Notes: generated by a model not told the origin, from the sequence alone. Numbered from the stretch's first letter, positions 8,718-18,957 are shown. The stretch is DNA of 64,000 bases from a virus (IMGVR_UViG_3300027983_002389); one strand, 5' to 3'. Numbers and translations are program-made.

Positions 8718-9512
8718 ATGCAATGTGAAGAGTGCCATGAATCGTCATCGGAATATCCCGGTTGTCCACTGGTACTAGCAACCGAGTATATCCAAACAGG
8801 CTGGTATTTAACCAATACTGGCAAGCGGGTGTATTGGTCCAATAAGGCTTACATCGAAGAGAAGGTGCCAAAACACAGCCACGAGGGAACGTGGATTGCT
8901 TTCTGGTTAGGGAAGACCGGATACGACTATGGTTTAAGTGAGTATTACTTTCAGAATGAATCAGATCGGGATAGGTTTCTCGCCGCAACCCCGATCTTTA
9001 CCCTTGGCGAGAAGTACGAAAAGGAAAATGATATGACGACAATGACCGCAGAAAAGGCCGTTCACCAAAGCAAATGGGGACACCACCCCATCAGCCGTGA
9101 GGCGAGCCAGAAGCTCCGTTTCATCAATGGAGTTTATGCAAAGGCCCAGCACTTGGCTGGTGCTTGGGAGCGTTGGGAACGTAAATTGCCTGAGAACCGT
9201 GTGGTGAGAAGGGCAGTGAAGGACGACAAAGGAATGAAGATCGGCACAGAGATCGTCAAGGATGCCGCTGGCAATCCTGTGGCGTGGCTTGAACCGGGAA
9301 TCTGCCCTTTGTTCCACGAGAAGGTTCCTGGCCACATTAAGTATGGTAGCTATGTCCGTGGCGTTGCCAAGGATAATGGCTTCGGCGACAAGATTCTCTT
9401 TGCCTCTCGTCAGGCACGGACTCCTCAGCCGACCCCGGAAGAAGTTCTGTCCTTCCCCTTCACTGAGGAAGAGATTGACCGTCTTTATGAGACGGTCAAG
9501 GCTTGGGAATAG
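8718..9512 (+). CDS. hypothetical protein, likely two fused genes (internal RBS+ATG ~9033)
   Basis: 264-aa ORF; AAGGA before MTTMTAEK. Confidence 0.7.
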   Translation: MQCEECHESSSEYPGCPLVLATEYIQTGWYLTNTGKRVYWSNKAYIEEKVPKHSHEGTWIAFWLGKTGYDYGLSEYYFQNESDRDRFLAATPIFTLGEKYEKENDMTTMTAEKAVHQSKWGHHPISREASQKLRFINGVYAKAQHLAGAWERWERKLPENRVVRRAVKDDKGMKIGTEIVKDAAGNPVAWLEPGICPLFHEKVPGHIKYGSYVRGVAKDNGFGDKILFASRQARTPQPTPEEVLSFPFTEEEIDRLYETVKAWE

Positions 9513-9610
9513 TTGAATTTGGCGCTGGACGCCAATACCGAATTGCAGATTAACTTTCACAGGTTTATCGGCAAGATTGGAAGTCAAACAGTCAGATATA
9601 TCTGATTGTA

Positions 9611-9647
9611 AAGCCCACTGGTCGATATAACCAGTGGGCTTTTTTGT
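9611..9647 (+). terminator. Rho-independent terminator
   Basis: aagcccactgg..ccagtgggctt + T-tract. Confidence 0.9.
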
Positions 9648-9716
9648 TTATCTGACTTGATCGACCCCGATATTTTGGAGATATTGCCTATATCCAGCCC
9701 ATATCGGAGGTTTATC

Positions 9717-10004
9717 ATGAATTTGTTTCTTCCAGTTGTGAAACCAGAAATCGGCGGCTCTCTTGAAAGGGAGATGACCGAAAAAGCAAATGATCTTAAA
9801 TACATCAAAGAACAATTGCGTCGTCTTGATACAGAAAATCCCACGGTTGCATATTTCATTCGTAATTTTGCGAAGACCACCAAAGACAAAATGGGCGCAG
9901 CATATTGTGGACTGATTGTATATCGGTTGTTGGAGAGCCAAGCAGAAGCCAATCTAATGCTTCATGAAGAACTTGAAGCTGAACAATCGGTAATGAAACA
10001 GTAG
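9717..10004 (+). CDS. hypothetical protein
   Basis: GGAGG RBS, ATG 9717. Confidence 0.75.
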   Translation: MNLFLPVVKPEIGGSLEREMTEKANDLKYIKEQLRRLDTENPTVAYFIRNFAKTTKDKMGAAYCGLIVYRLLESQAEANLMLHEELEAEQSVMKQ

Positions 10005-10042
10005 ATAGGTTATGTGAAACTTAATGACCATCAAGGAGCCAA

Positions 10043-10474
10043 ATGGAAGCAGACGAGCGTACATTCGGAGAAAGAGTAAGCGATACTGTCGCTAAATTTG
10101 GTGGCTCTTGGTGGTTCATTATCACAGGAGCCGTAGTGATCGCACTTTGGGTGACGATCAATATAGTTCCATTTTTAGGTTGGATTAGATGGGACAATTA
10201 TCCATTTATCCTTCTGAACCTTTTCCTTTCGCTAATCGCTGCGTTTCAAGCACCATTTATTTTGATGGCGCAACGCCGGTGCGAAATAAAACAAGATATG
10301 ATATACCGGAGTCTATTCCGGGAAATCAAAGAACTTGTGGAGGCTGATTTGAGCCTGGAACACGAGATCATCGAAAAAAACATAAGCCTTGAGGCTGAAT
10401 TGCAGACTGTCCGTAGAGAACTCCGGTCGGTCAAAAGGATGCTTCGTAGACTGATAAAGGAGAAGGGGGTCTAG
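10043..10474 (+). CDS. DUF1003 family membrane protein
   Basis: RTFGERVSD.VAKFGGSW.FI...D.YPFILLNL.LS.IAA.QAP.ILMAQ.R. Confidence 0.9.
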   Translation: MEADERTFGERVSDTVAKFGGSWWFIITGAVVIALWVTINIVPFLGWIRWDNYPFILLNLFLSLIAAFQAPFILMAQRRCEIKQDMIYRSLFREIKELVEADLSLEHEIIEKNISLEAELQTVRRELRSVKRMLRRLIKEKGV

Positions 10475-10523
10475 GGTTACTGCAACGATTGTAATTTTTC
10501 ATTGCGGTAGGTCTATATAAGGC

Positions 10524-11288
10524 ATGAGAAAAAAATATACGACACAATACATTGCTGATTTTTTTGCAAAAGAAGGCTACACCTTAACAACAAGTGATGA
10601 ATTCGTAAATAGTCATCAATATTTTGAATACATCTGCCCTGCGGGTCATTCTGGTAAAGTGCAATGGCACCATTTCAAAAACGGTGGAAGATGCGCCAAG
10701 TGTAAAGGGAACGCCAAAATAACCCAACAAGAAGCTGAAAAATATTTCAGCGACAACGGTTGTGAGCTTGTCGATATTTATGTTTCAAGCCAACTTCCTT
10801 TACAGTACAAGTGTTCTTGTGGTAGAATATCGCAGATACGCTGGTATGACTTCAAAGCAGGAAAAAGATGCAATGGTTGCAGACCAGAAAGACAATCTGG
10901 TCCAGCACATCCACGCTGGAACAGGGAGAAAGTTGAAATTACCAAAAAATTAGCCAACGCTTCTCACACGGCTTTGAAGACGACTTTCAAATATCTTGGA
11001 GTGAAAAAAGAAGCAAGAACTTATTTGCTTCTAGGCTACAATGGAGAACAACTAAGAAGTTGGATCGAGCAACATCCTAATTGGAAAAATGTGAAAGATG
11101 GAAGTTGGTCTTTGGATCACGTTTTTCCAATTAAAGCCTTTGTGGATTATGGCATTGTTGATGTTCGCTTAATCAATTCACTAGATAATTTACAACCATT
11201 GATTTTGAAGGAAAATCAATCAAAAAGTAAAGCCTACTCAAAGGAGGATTTTATGAAATGGCTTAAAGGCAAGGGCTATGCGTTTTAG
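10524..11288 (+). CDS. HNH homing endonuclease-like protein with Zn-ribbon repeats
   Basis: CPAGH...RCAKC repeats, WSLDHVFP...NLQPL...N..K; AT-rich; TATATA at 10514. Confidence 0.8.
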   Translation: MRKKYTTQYIADFFAKEGYTLTTSDEFVNSHQYFEYICPAGHSGKVQWHHFKNGGRCAKCKGNAKITQQEAEKYFSDNGCELVDIYVSSQLPLQYKCSCGRISQIRWYDFKAGKRCNGCRPERQSGPAHPRWNREKVEITKKLANASHTALKTTFKYLGVKKEARTYLLLGYNGEQLRSWIEQHPNWKNVKDGSWSLDHVFPIKAFVDYGIVDVRLINSLDNLQPLILKENQSKSKAYSKEDFMKWLKGKGYAF

Positions 11289-12234
11289 GGCGACTGCGAC
11301 GATTGTGTGGGACACACAATTGCCGCATAACGAAGCCCAGGAGCTTGCGAATAAGCACCTGGGAGAATTTCCTAACCAGGATGGACTCAACGACTTACGA
11401 CTTGTAGTTCGCTTAGACAAACTCAAGGAGAAGGTCGAGAAGGTCAAACTTGGGGAATTCAAAATCGAAGAAGTTATCCCTTTCATCACCAAAGAAGACG
11501 GAAAGCGAGAATACGAGTACGAGGGAGTCAAGCACGCAGTCAGGATGAATTCTCACAGGTATTTCATATTCCGTGAGTGCATGACCTGTGTGGCGTGTGG
11601 ATTGCCTGGGACTCGGATGTTTTTGGAATGTCATCCAGCGGATAAAAGCCCTCATTTTAACCTATACGGTGAAGAAGATGGCAAGCTGATATTGATGACC
11701 AAGGACCATATTCACGCTAAGGCATTTGGCGGCGAAGATAGACACTCCAATTATCAGACCATGTGCCTAGTTTGCAATAACCTGAAAGGGCATTCTAATT
11801 TGACTTTGGAAGGCGTTCGTGAACTGCGAATTGTCTATAATGAGAATAAGACCAAAGCCACCAAAAAGAAATTGCATTTGCTCATAGAAGAAACACGGTT
11901 GAGGCTGGAACAGCCCTGGCCTAGCATGAAATTGTCCGAGACTCAGCGAAGGAAGCGGTTGGCGAAGATAAAGGCTACTGCCGATGCAGTAATGACTGCT
12001 TGCGACATTAACCTATATTCTGGTCAAGACATAGAGATATATGGCAGGTCCGTTTATGACGCAATTGACAATGAGCATAAGCACGTTGGCTGCATCAAAA
12101 AGGGAACTTGCCTGGAACCTCTGGTGGCGACTAAAGAAAAGGTTATGTGCAAGTTATTCAATCAGGATGTAGTGGTTTTACACCACAGTCTCGTTAAAGC
12201 AAACAAAGGAATAGGCTATGTCTATCTCGATTAG
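11278..12234 (+). CDS. HNH endonuclease domain protein
   Basis: CVACG...MTKDHIHAKAFGG....NYQTMC..CN..KG. Confidence 0.8.
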   Translation: MRFRATATIVWDTQLPHNEAQELANKHLGEFPNQDGLNDLRLVVRLDKLKEKVEKVKLGEFKIEEVIPFITKEDGKREYEYEGVKHAVRMNSHRYFIFRECMTCVACGLPGTRMFLECHPADKSPHFNLYGEEDGKLILMTKDHIHAKAFGGEDRHSNYQTMCLVCNNLKGHSNLTLEGVRELRIVYNENKTKATKKKLHLLIEETRLRLEQPWPSMKLSETQRRKRLAKIKATADAVMTACDINLYSGQDIEIYGRSVYDAIDNEHKHVGCIKKGTCLEPLVATKEKVMCKLFNQDVVVLHHSLVKANKGIGYVYLD

Positions 12235-12781
12235 AGGGGTCAGCGATCATTTGTTACTCAATGAACTGATAGTAATGCAGGACGATCTTCGTCATTGGGA
12301 CACCATAAAAGAAATGGTCGCCTTTGTAAAAGGAGGCGGTTTCTGGACACAGGAATATCTGGAAAAATATTCCAAGAAAAAGAAACTACCCAGGACTTCC
12401 CCTTTAATTGCCATTACTCAATTTGAGGATGGGCTAAGGTTTCTCCATGATGGACACCATCGGTGTGTGGCAACTTGGCTTGGTGGTCGGGAGTTTTTGA
12501 TCCCCGACGAATATCAGGTTAGTTCCTGGGTTTATGACGATTACCTGGAAATTGCACCACAAAACAATTGGTATACTCCATTTAATCCCAAAACTCACGT
12601 CCGCACCGCCGACTTTGGAAGATTCAAAGTCGAGGCCAAAGAACGCTTCCAGCAGGATCAAAAAGAAGCCGTCGATTGGCTCTACGATCATCTTGATGAT
12701 TTTCGTACAGTTCGCACTATTAAGAGTGTGCCGGAACTGGCTGCTATTATCAACAAACAAAAACGATTGGTGCCACGCTAA
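12218..12781 (+). CDS. ParB/Srx-like nuclease domain protein
   Basis: FLHDGHHRCVA motif. Confidence 0.6.
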   Translation: MSISIRGVSDHLLLNELIVMQDDLRHWDTIKEMVAFVKGGGFWTQEYLEKYSKKKKLPRTSPLIAITQFEDGLRFLHDGHHRCVATWLGGREFLIPDEYQVSSWVYDDYLEIAPQNNWYTPFNPKTHVRTADFGRFKVEAKERFQQDQKEAVDWLYDHLDDFRTVRTIKSVPELAAIINKQKRLVPR

Positions 12782-12811
12782 ATAAGAGTGCAAGACTACT
12801 AAAGGAGGAGT

Positions 12812-13393
12812 ATGGCACTCGAACAGTGGGAAGTTGACCTTCGCCGACAATTGGAAGGCAAAATAAACAACACCAAGCCGAAAGACCAAACTTGGGAAGA
12901 TAAACTGGTGGAAGATATTCAAACTACTCTGCCTCGCAGGGCAGAAAAGCCTAAAGATAACAACACAATTCTTATGATAGTGCTGTTGATTATTTTGGGT
13001 GGCGTTATGCTCTTTGCTTATGACTCTAAAAGTGGCGGCAAGGTTCAATCTAGCGAAGAAGCTGGCAGCGTTCAACCGACACCTTCAGTGAGCGGTCCAA
13101 ATAACTATGATGCTGAGATTGCATCTTTGCATACTGATATTCAGAGAGTAGACGCTGACAATAAAGCCAAATTGGATAAATTGACGACCAAAGTTCAATG
13201 GAACAATGATCGTCTTACCCTAATGGGCATGTTGTTGAATGAAAACTTTATGATCGTTCGCAACAACTACAATAAGGGTCATTTGGTATTCTTTAACCGT
13301 GACTGGACCCTCGATCAAATGCCGCACTATTTGGAACTATCGGACGACGACAAGGAATACTTGAAGAAGTTCGTAAAGCCAAGCGGTCAGTAA
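12812..13393 (+). CDS. single-TM hypothetical protein (late-type promoter)
   Basis: AGGAGG RBS, hydrophobic helix, TAAATA at 12779. Confidence 0.75.
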   Translation: MALEQWEVDLRRQLEGKINNTKPKDQTWEDKLVEDIQTTLPRRAEKPKDNNTILMIVLLIILGGVMLFAYDSKSGGKVQSSEEAGSVQPTPSVSGPNNYDAEIASLHTDIQRVDADNKAKLDKLTTKVQWNNDRLTLMGMLLNENFMIVRNNYNKGHLVFFNRDWTLDQMPHYLELSDDDKEYLKKFVKPSGQ

Positions 13394-14082
13394 GACTTAT
13401 AGCTTTTGCTAGCGCTGAAGCTCTTGACACTCAACATATCTTTCACAGCAGAGGCGATATACACTGCTGTGAGTGTTGCCATGTCTTTGCAATTTCTCAA
13501 GTCATGCACAATCTCTATTTGCATAGAATGCACATCAGGATCAGGATACCATTTTCTGAATAACTGATTCATATTTGATCTAGCCCAACCACTCATCGGC
13601 CCGCCTTTTTTGCCTTCAAAGGCATTGATGCCAGCTTCATGCAATAAATGGCAAAGTAAATCTTTGTGCCATGTTTCGCATGTGTGACTATTCGGCGACC
13701 CTGCGCCATATCCAATCACCACATCCAGGTCGTCATCGCCAGCAATCTTGCGGTGTTTGTTTCCCATTCCATGAATATGGTAAACGTAAACCGATTCATA
13801 GTTTTGCAGGATTCTGTTCTTATATCGCAAAATTGGCTCTAAGAATTCTTCCTTGACCACATCTTCATGGCAGTGACGCACATCGTTGCAGTCGGCTTTG
13901 TCAAGCATGTAATCAACCGCATCGGCTCGCTCCCAGCCTCGATTGATGACTGCATAAGCATTGATACTTCTCGCAATATGCTCTGCTACGATTGATGTAT
14001 TTTCATCATTGCCATCAAAACCGTGAGGAGCCACTATGATAATGGGCAACTTTCCCGAAATGATAGATACTCTCTCGCTCAT
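13387..14082 (-). CDS. N-formylglutamate amidohydrolase/Zn-peptidase-like protein
   Basis: IIVAPHG...D, HIHG, D..IG.G, QIE motifs. Confidence 0.65.
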   Translation of the reverse strand: MSERVSIISGKLPIIIVAPHGFDGNDENTSIVAEHIARSINAYAVINRGWERADAVDYMLDKADCNDVRHCHEDVVKEEFLEPILRYKNRILQNYESVYVYHIHGMGNKHRKIAGDDDLDVVIGYGAGSPNSHTCETWHKDLLCHLLHEAGINAFEGKKGGPMSGWARSNMNQLFRKWYPDPDVHSMQIEIVHDLRNCKDMATLTAVYIASAVKDMLSVKSFSASKSYKSY

Positions 14083-14121
14083 TTTTCCTCCAAGGTAAGT
14101 GATAGAATTTCATCTGTTTCC

Positions 14122-14538
14122 TTATTGTTTGATAGTATTGTAATCTTTATCAAGCAGGATGGCATATTTTAACCAATCTGGTGGTAATAAAACATAGCCT
14201 TCAGGAGATATTGATCCAGGATTTTCATCTTCTGGCAAGAGGCCAGATTGTTTTGCTATAGAGCCGATTACGAGTCGAGCTTTTTGATCTCGAACTAAGT
14301 ATTCGTTGCTTCCTGGGATGGGTGCGATAAACTTGGCTTCATAGCCAACAAGTTTGTTCCAATCAAATCCACCTTTTGGATAGAACTCGGTTCAAAGGTC
14401 GATCATACCAATCTGTTGTCCAGGAAGGCATGGCAATTCAAGACCAGCCGCAATAAGCGCAGGACAGGGTATTGTCATGTTGTCACTTACTGAGAAGTGG
14501 GGTATCTCATCTAATCGTAACCAATTTTTGAACTTCAT
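14122..14538 (-). pseudogene. putative head-packaged protein (MKFKNWLRLDE) interrupted by single in-frame TGA at 14394-14392
   Basis: frame stays open (TEFYPKGGFDW...DYNTIKQ) for 89 codons after the TGA; TAAATA 5 nt upstream of ATG. Confidence 0.7.
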
Positions 14539-14608
14539 ATGGTTATTTAGGGTTTTTGAGTTGAAATGTCTAAATAATAGTCCAACCCTAACAAGAGAAA
14601 GGTGGTTA

Positions 14609-14785
14609 ATGCAGAAAGGTTTAGTTAATAGTTCGATCCGTATAGATTTGTCCGACAAAGCACCGGATGAGATAGCTGAATATCTGCAAGCCCTTCTTGC
14701 CATTCGATATTCCCTGCACAAAAAGGGACTCAAGTTGAAAATTGAACGTCGTCGTCCAGCCAAGGTAAAAATTACTCAGGCATAG
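14609..14785 (+). CDS. small basic hypothetical protein
   Basis: AAGGTG RBS, TAAATA at 14571. Confidence 0.55.
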   Translation: MQKGLVNSSIRIDLSDKAPDEIAEYLQALLAIRYSLHKKGLKLKIERRRPAKVKITQA

Positions 14786-14816
14786 GTCGAACCAAACGCC
14801 TTTTTCACTCTCTAGG
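14785..14816 (+). promoter_or_regulatory. class B promoter motif copy 1
   Basis: GGTCGAACC-N14-CTCTCTAGG. Confidence 0.85.
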
Positions 14817-14869
14817 TTCGTGAACACCACTTTTCACAACTTTTCACAACTCATCGAGAGAGGCCCGCC

Positions 14870-15199
14870 ATGTCTACTGATCGTGATCGCTCTGTCCCGG
14901 AAGGCGGTATTAAGGTCGGTCAAGGTGCCGTTTTTGGCATCGGCAGTGATCGTTACCCATATACCGTGGTTGAAATTTCCAGTCCAACTCGTGTTGTGGT
15001 TCAGGCCGATAATTATCGGCGCACGGACCAGAATGGGATTTCGGAGGCTCAGACATACGAATACACCCCCAATTCTTCAGCCTGTCGTATTGTCGTGACT
15101 CGTCGTAAAGACGGGGCGTGGCGAAAGAAAGGCGACACCAAGGGCGGTGGAAGATTCTCATTCCACGGACGCCATGCTTATCAAGACCCCAGCTTCTAG
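14870..15199 (+). CDS. conserved phage hypothetical protein
   Basis: SDRYPYTVVE...Y.DPSF pattern. Confidence 0.8.
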   Translation: MSTDRDRSVPEGGIKVGQGAVFGIGSDRYPYTVVEISSPTRVVVQADNYRRTDQNGISEAQTYEYTPNSSACRIVVTRRKDGAWRKKGDTKGGGRFSFHGRHAYQDPSF

Positions 15200-15226
15200 C
15201 GAATATTTTGGGAAACAAGAGAGGTA

Positions 15227-15258
15227 GGTCGAACCAAATTCGACTGTGCCTCTCTTGT
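15227..15258 (+). promoter_or_regulatory. class B promoter motif copy 2
   Basis: GGTCGAACC-N14-CTCTCTTGT. Confidence 0.85.
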
Positions 15259-15294
15259 CTTTTGTAAACACAATACGCCAAAGAAAGCAATATC

Positions 15295-15750
15295 ATGTCG
15301 AATGTCACGAAGCAATTCGTCCTTGCGGGTCGCTCAATCTTCACTATTGAAATTGCTGAAGACTATCGGGCCAAGCACGATCTCAAACCTCATTACACGT
15401 TCCGAGTGGACCATAAGGCCCCTGAAGGCAAATGGAAGGAAACGTGGTTTGTTAAATACCTTACCGGGTCTGACAATACTCGTGACTATTCTTACGTTGG
15501 CACTCTTAATGCCGAGAATGGGCAGGTCCGCACCACCGCTAAGAGCAATCTGAATGACAATAGTATTGTCTTCAAGCTACTCACTCATACTCTTGCCCTA
15601 ATTTGGGGCAATGATGTGACGCCGATGACCGACAAGGGATTCGGACTTCACCATGAAGGTCGCTGTGGCAAGTGTGGTAAATTGCTTACCACTCCATCAT
15701 CAATTGCTATCGGCGTCGGACCAGAATGCTTAATTAGGCTCAACAGGTGA
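15295..15750 (+). CDS. DUF6011-like Zn-finger protein
   Basis: HEGRCGKCGKLLTTPSSI..GVGPEC. Confidence 0.8.
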   Translation: MSNVTKQFVLAGRSIFTIEIAEDYRAKHDLKPHYTFRVDHKAPEGKWKETWFVKYLTGSDNTRDYSYVGTLNAENGQVRTTAKSNLNDNSIVFKLLTHTLALIWGNDVTPMTDKGFGLHHEGRCGKCGKLLTTPSSIAIGVGPECLIRLNR

Positions 15751-16039
15751 GACCAATTCCTAATTTTGAACATTAGGAATTGGTCCATGTTGCATATCAT
15801 TGTCACAAGACAAATAAACTGCGTAGTCTTCTTTGTTCAGCTTGCAACTTAGGATTGGGAAAATTTCAAGACGATCCAAATTTGTTGAAAGTTGCTCTTG
15901 CTTATCTGGAAAAACATAAAACTGACTGAAAAAGAAAAATGAGCAATTTGTATTTTGACACCTATACGAATTGGAATTCGGAAAAGGCAAACGAGGCTGT
16001 TCGGGATGAATATTTACGTCTTTCACGGGGATCGGAACA

Positions 16040-16555
16040 ATGACCGAAGATGATTATTACAACTTCAACAGTCCTTATTTTAGGTCTTTCAAGCCTGCTG
16101 TGATTCGCAACGAAGACTCAATACTTGACACCTGGAATTCGGAAAAGGCAAACAAGGAACGAGATATATTCGGCGAAAAAGAAAAAGGGTTATTCTACAA
16201 CTACTCCGACCGTCTTGAACAATGGGACTATGAAAAGACTCGGAGAGCCAACGAATATGCTCGGTTGGTTGCAGAGCCAAAAACCGCCAGATACTTTACA
16301 GCCATGTTGTCGTATTTCCACAATGGCAGCAAAGTCATTCTTCGACATATCATTGCTGGTTGTAATCGGTCCAACGGTTTTCCATATTTGGTTTATGGTT
16401 ACAAATATGAAGAAGATGCTGTTGAAGACCTCAAGAGACTGGCTGAATACGATGAACTGATTAAGGTTCGTTCTCAAGTGGTCGAACAAGCTGTCGAAGA
16501 TTTTGCCGCTAAATTTGACGAGACAATATCAGCGGTTTTGGAAAATATCAATTAG
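16040..16555 (+). CDS. hypothetical protein
   Basis: 171-aa ORF; YSDRL.QWD, N.SNGFPY motifs. Confidence 0.75.
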   Translation: MTEDDYYNFNSPYFRSFKPAVIRNEDSILDTWNSEKANKERDIFGEKEKGLFYNYSDRLEQWDYEKTRRANEYARLVAEPKTARYFTAMLSYFHNGSKVILRHIIAGCNRSNGFPYLVYGYKYEEDAVEDLKRLAEYDELIKVRSQVVEQAVEDFAAKFDETISAVLENIN

Positions 16556-16586
16556 GTCGAACCAAATTCACATTCTGCTCTCTTGG
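16555..16586 (+). promoter_or_regulatory. class B promoter motif copy 3
   Basis: GGTCGAACC-N14-CTCTCTTGG. Confidence 0.85.
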
Positions 16587-16622
16587 TTTTTGTAACGAAC
16601 AAACACAACACCCTTTTGGAGA

Positions 16623-17747
16623 ATGGTCATGTCGCAGCGAGTTGTTAATTATACGGCTGGTGAAAAGGTTGAAGAATTGGTTGCTCTTGGCGACATTACT
16701 GTCAGCCACAATCCTCGTGCTTCGCTTCGAGGCGTCCTCGATCTTTTCCATAGTGACGGCAGTTCGAGCCAATCACCGGAAACCCGGCAGGCATTCGTAT
16801 CGTATATGCTGGAGGAACACCCGGAGATTGATGGGCTTCGCAAGTCCATCGAACAGCACGGTTTGCTTCAGTCGCCAGTGGTGCGAGCCTTTCGTGCCAA
16901 GCAGGGCGATGAATATGTCCAGCGATATGGTATTGTGCTGGGCGAAGGTCGTATTTTGGCTCATGCTCTGATCGAAGCCACGACCGGCGTTGCTCAGAAA
17001 ATTCGTGTTCGCATCGAATCTCGGTTGGGTGTGGACGCTGCTTTTGAGCAGGGTTTGGCTGAAAACCTTGACCGAAACGACATGAACCCTGTCGATCTGG
17101 CGACGGCATTCCATGAGATGTTGACGATTCGTATCAATCCGGCTACAAAGTCCCCTGAAGTCAATGGGGAAGCCAACCCGCTGTATTCTTCCGACAGTCC
17201 GAAGGGTCGTCCGTATACGCTTCGAGAATTGGCCGAACGTGTCAATAAGACATATTGGTGGGTTCGAGATCACGAAGCGATTTCGTACCTTCCCGATAAC
17301 TTGCAGTCGCAGTGTATCAAGTCCTGGCAGTCGGGTAAGCGAAATGTTACTCGGTTCTGCAAGCTGGGTCTTCGATACAAGGCTCAAGTGACTGGACAAC
17401 CGGAAGAAACCGGGCTTGACAGCCAGACTGAAACAACCGATACTGTCGCAAATGATGGAACTTCGACGGAACTTGTCGGAACTTCGACGGAAACTGCCCA
17501 AGTTACGCAGCTTAACGTGGAAGCACCAATTTCCCTTGAACCTGCACAGCGACGGCGTGTCCTCAGTCTGAAGTCGGTGGTGGGATTGTTCGATGGAACG
17601 GCACTGGAAAACAGGGAGCGGCTGCTGACGCTGGCTGAAGTCATGGGAATCACTCTTGAAGAGGCTTTGACTGAACGAGATTTACGTCTTGCTCACCAAG
17701 CCGACACCCAGGCTCGCAAGCAACAGAAGAAAGTTGTAACTGTTTGA
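16623..17747 (+). CDS. ParB/Spo0J-like protein
   Basis: LRKSIEQHGLLQSPVVR, IVLGEGR, ENLDRNDMNPVDLA, HTH LRELAERVNK. Confidence 0.8.
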   Translation: MVMSQRVVNYTAGEKVEELVALGDITVSHNPRASLRGVLDLFHSDGSSSQSPETRQAFVSYMLEEHPEIDGLRKSIEQHGLLQSPVVRAFRAKQGDEYVQRYGIVLGEGRILAHALIEATTGVAQKIRVRIESRLGVDAAFEQGLAENLDRNDMNPVDLATAFHEMLTIRINPATKSPEVNGEANPLYSSDSPKGRPYTLRELAERVNKTYWWVRDHEAISYLPDNLQSQCIKSWQSGKRNVTRFCKLGLRYKAQVTGQPEETGLDSQTETTDTVANDGTSTELVGTSTETAQVTQLNVEAPISLEPAQRRRVLSLKSVVGLFDGTALENRERLLTLAEVMGITLEEALTERDLRLAHQADTQARKQQKKVVTV

Positions 17748-17762
17748 AATAAATCAAGGTTT

Positions 17763-17794
17763 GGTCGAACCAAAAGCCGACCAAACTCTCTTGG
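17763..17794 (+). promoter_or_regulatory. class B promoter motif copy 4 (upstream of sigma gene)
   Basis: GGTCGAACC-N14-CTCTCTTGG. Confidence 0.85.
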
Positions 17795-17853
17795 TTTTTG
17801 TAGGAACGAACTTAATCAGGATGAACCCCAACACAACGTCGAAGGAGAAGATC

Positions 17854-18876
17854 GTGGACTTTCAAGAAATTCCTTACTTCAAACTGTCAGGCAACCAGAA
17901 ACAAAAAACCCTCGAAATTCTCGGTCGTGGCAATGTCCTCTTGAAGAAGTGGGCTGCGTTCTTCCCGCCCAAGAAGTACCGACAGTTCCGCAACTCCGTG
18001 ATGGATGGCAGCACGAATCCTCAGCACGAAGGCAAGACTGGAATTCCTTCCGACAAGTTGAAGGAATTCCACGCTGACCTACCTTTCATGACGGCAATTC
18101 GTCATGGCAAATATGACGATCTCGATGGTCGCTCGGTTGAGCAGACGGTACTTGAAGGCTTCAGCGCTCTTGCCAAGGGACATGCTCGCAAGTGGTCGTT
18201 GGAAGGTGATCCGGTTGGATTGACCAAGCAGGACTTCTTACAGGAAGCCTACATGCAGGTCATCGAAGCCATGTATTCATGGTTGCCAGAATTCAATGTC
18301 GAAATCTCGACATACATCTGGTGGGCATTGAAGAACCGGATGAGCAATGTCGTCAACCAACAGGGTCAGATGCTTTGTCCACTCACCAACTCCGATCTGG
18401 AACTGATGACTCGGTTTGAGCAGAAGAAGCGTGGAATGCCACAATACTTCACGTTCGATCAGATCATTGCTGAGTTGGGACTCTCTAATGAGGAAGGCAA
18501 GCATTTGAACACACTGTTGACTCGTGTGTTCGCTGAGAATCAGTTGGGCGGTCAACAGGATGGACACGACGATATGAGTGCTTCCGGCAATGACTACACC
18601 GGGCATCGTGTTGGCGTGGATCGGGAGTCGGAAACCGAAACTGTGTTGCAAGAGCAGCATGTCATTGACACCTTGAACCGGGCTGGTTTGAACACGTTGG
18701 AGCGACAAGTGATTGAAGCGGCAATGGAGCCGTACCACGGATGGCAGACGGAATTTGCCAAGACCCATACCAACCCAGCAACGGGCAAGCCATATTCTCG
18801 CATGAGAATCACACAGGTTCTCGAAATGGCACGAGAAAAGGTTGCCAAGACTTTGGAGCTACAAAAAGCGGCCTAA
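17854..18876 (+). CDS. phage sigma70-family RNA polymerase sigma factor
   Basis: region 2 QDFLQEAYMQVIEA...ISTYIWWALKNRM; region 4 LNTLERQVI...YSRMRITQVLEMAREKV; AAGGAG + GTG 17854. Confidence 0.8.
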   Translation: MDFQEIPYFKLSGNQKQKTLEILGRGNVLLKKWAAFFPPKKYRQFRNSVMDGSTNPQHEGKTGIPSDKLKEFHADLPFMTAIRHGKYDDLDGRSVEQTVLEGFSALAKGHARKWSLEGDPVGLTKQDFLQEAYMQVIEAMYSWLPEFNVEISTYIWWALKNRMSNVVNQQGQMLCPLTNSDLELMTRFEQKKRGMPQYFTFDQIIAELGLSNEEGKHLNTLLTRVFAENQLGGQQDGHDDMSASGNDYTGHRVGVDRESETETVLQEQHVIDTLNRAGLNTLERQVIEAAMEPYHGWQTEFAKTHTNPATGKPYSRMRITQVLEMAREKVAKTLELQKAA

Positions 18877-18893
18877 GCAATGACGGTCAACAG

Positions 18894-18924
18894 AAAAGCC
18901 GGGGTTTTATCCCCGGCTTTTTTT
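18894..18924 (+). terminator. Rho-independent terminator
   Basis: aaaagccgggg-tttta-tccccggctttttt. Confidence 0.9.
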
Positions 18925-18925
18925 A

Positions 18926-18957
18926 GGTCGAACCAAAAGAGTATTTGACTCTCTAGG
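18926..18957 (+). promoter_or_regulatory. class B promoter motif copy 5
   Basis: GGTCGAACC-N14-CTCTCTAGG. Confidence 0.85.

Noticed and set aside
14392-14394. Selenocysteine TGA
   Set aside because: There is no redox motif context or evident SECIS hairpin; a CGA-to-TGA mutation is simpler.
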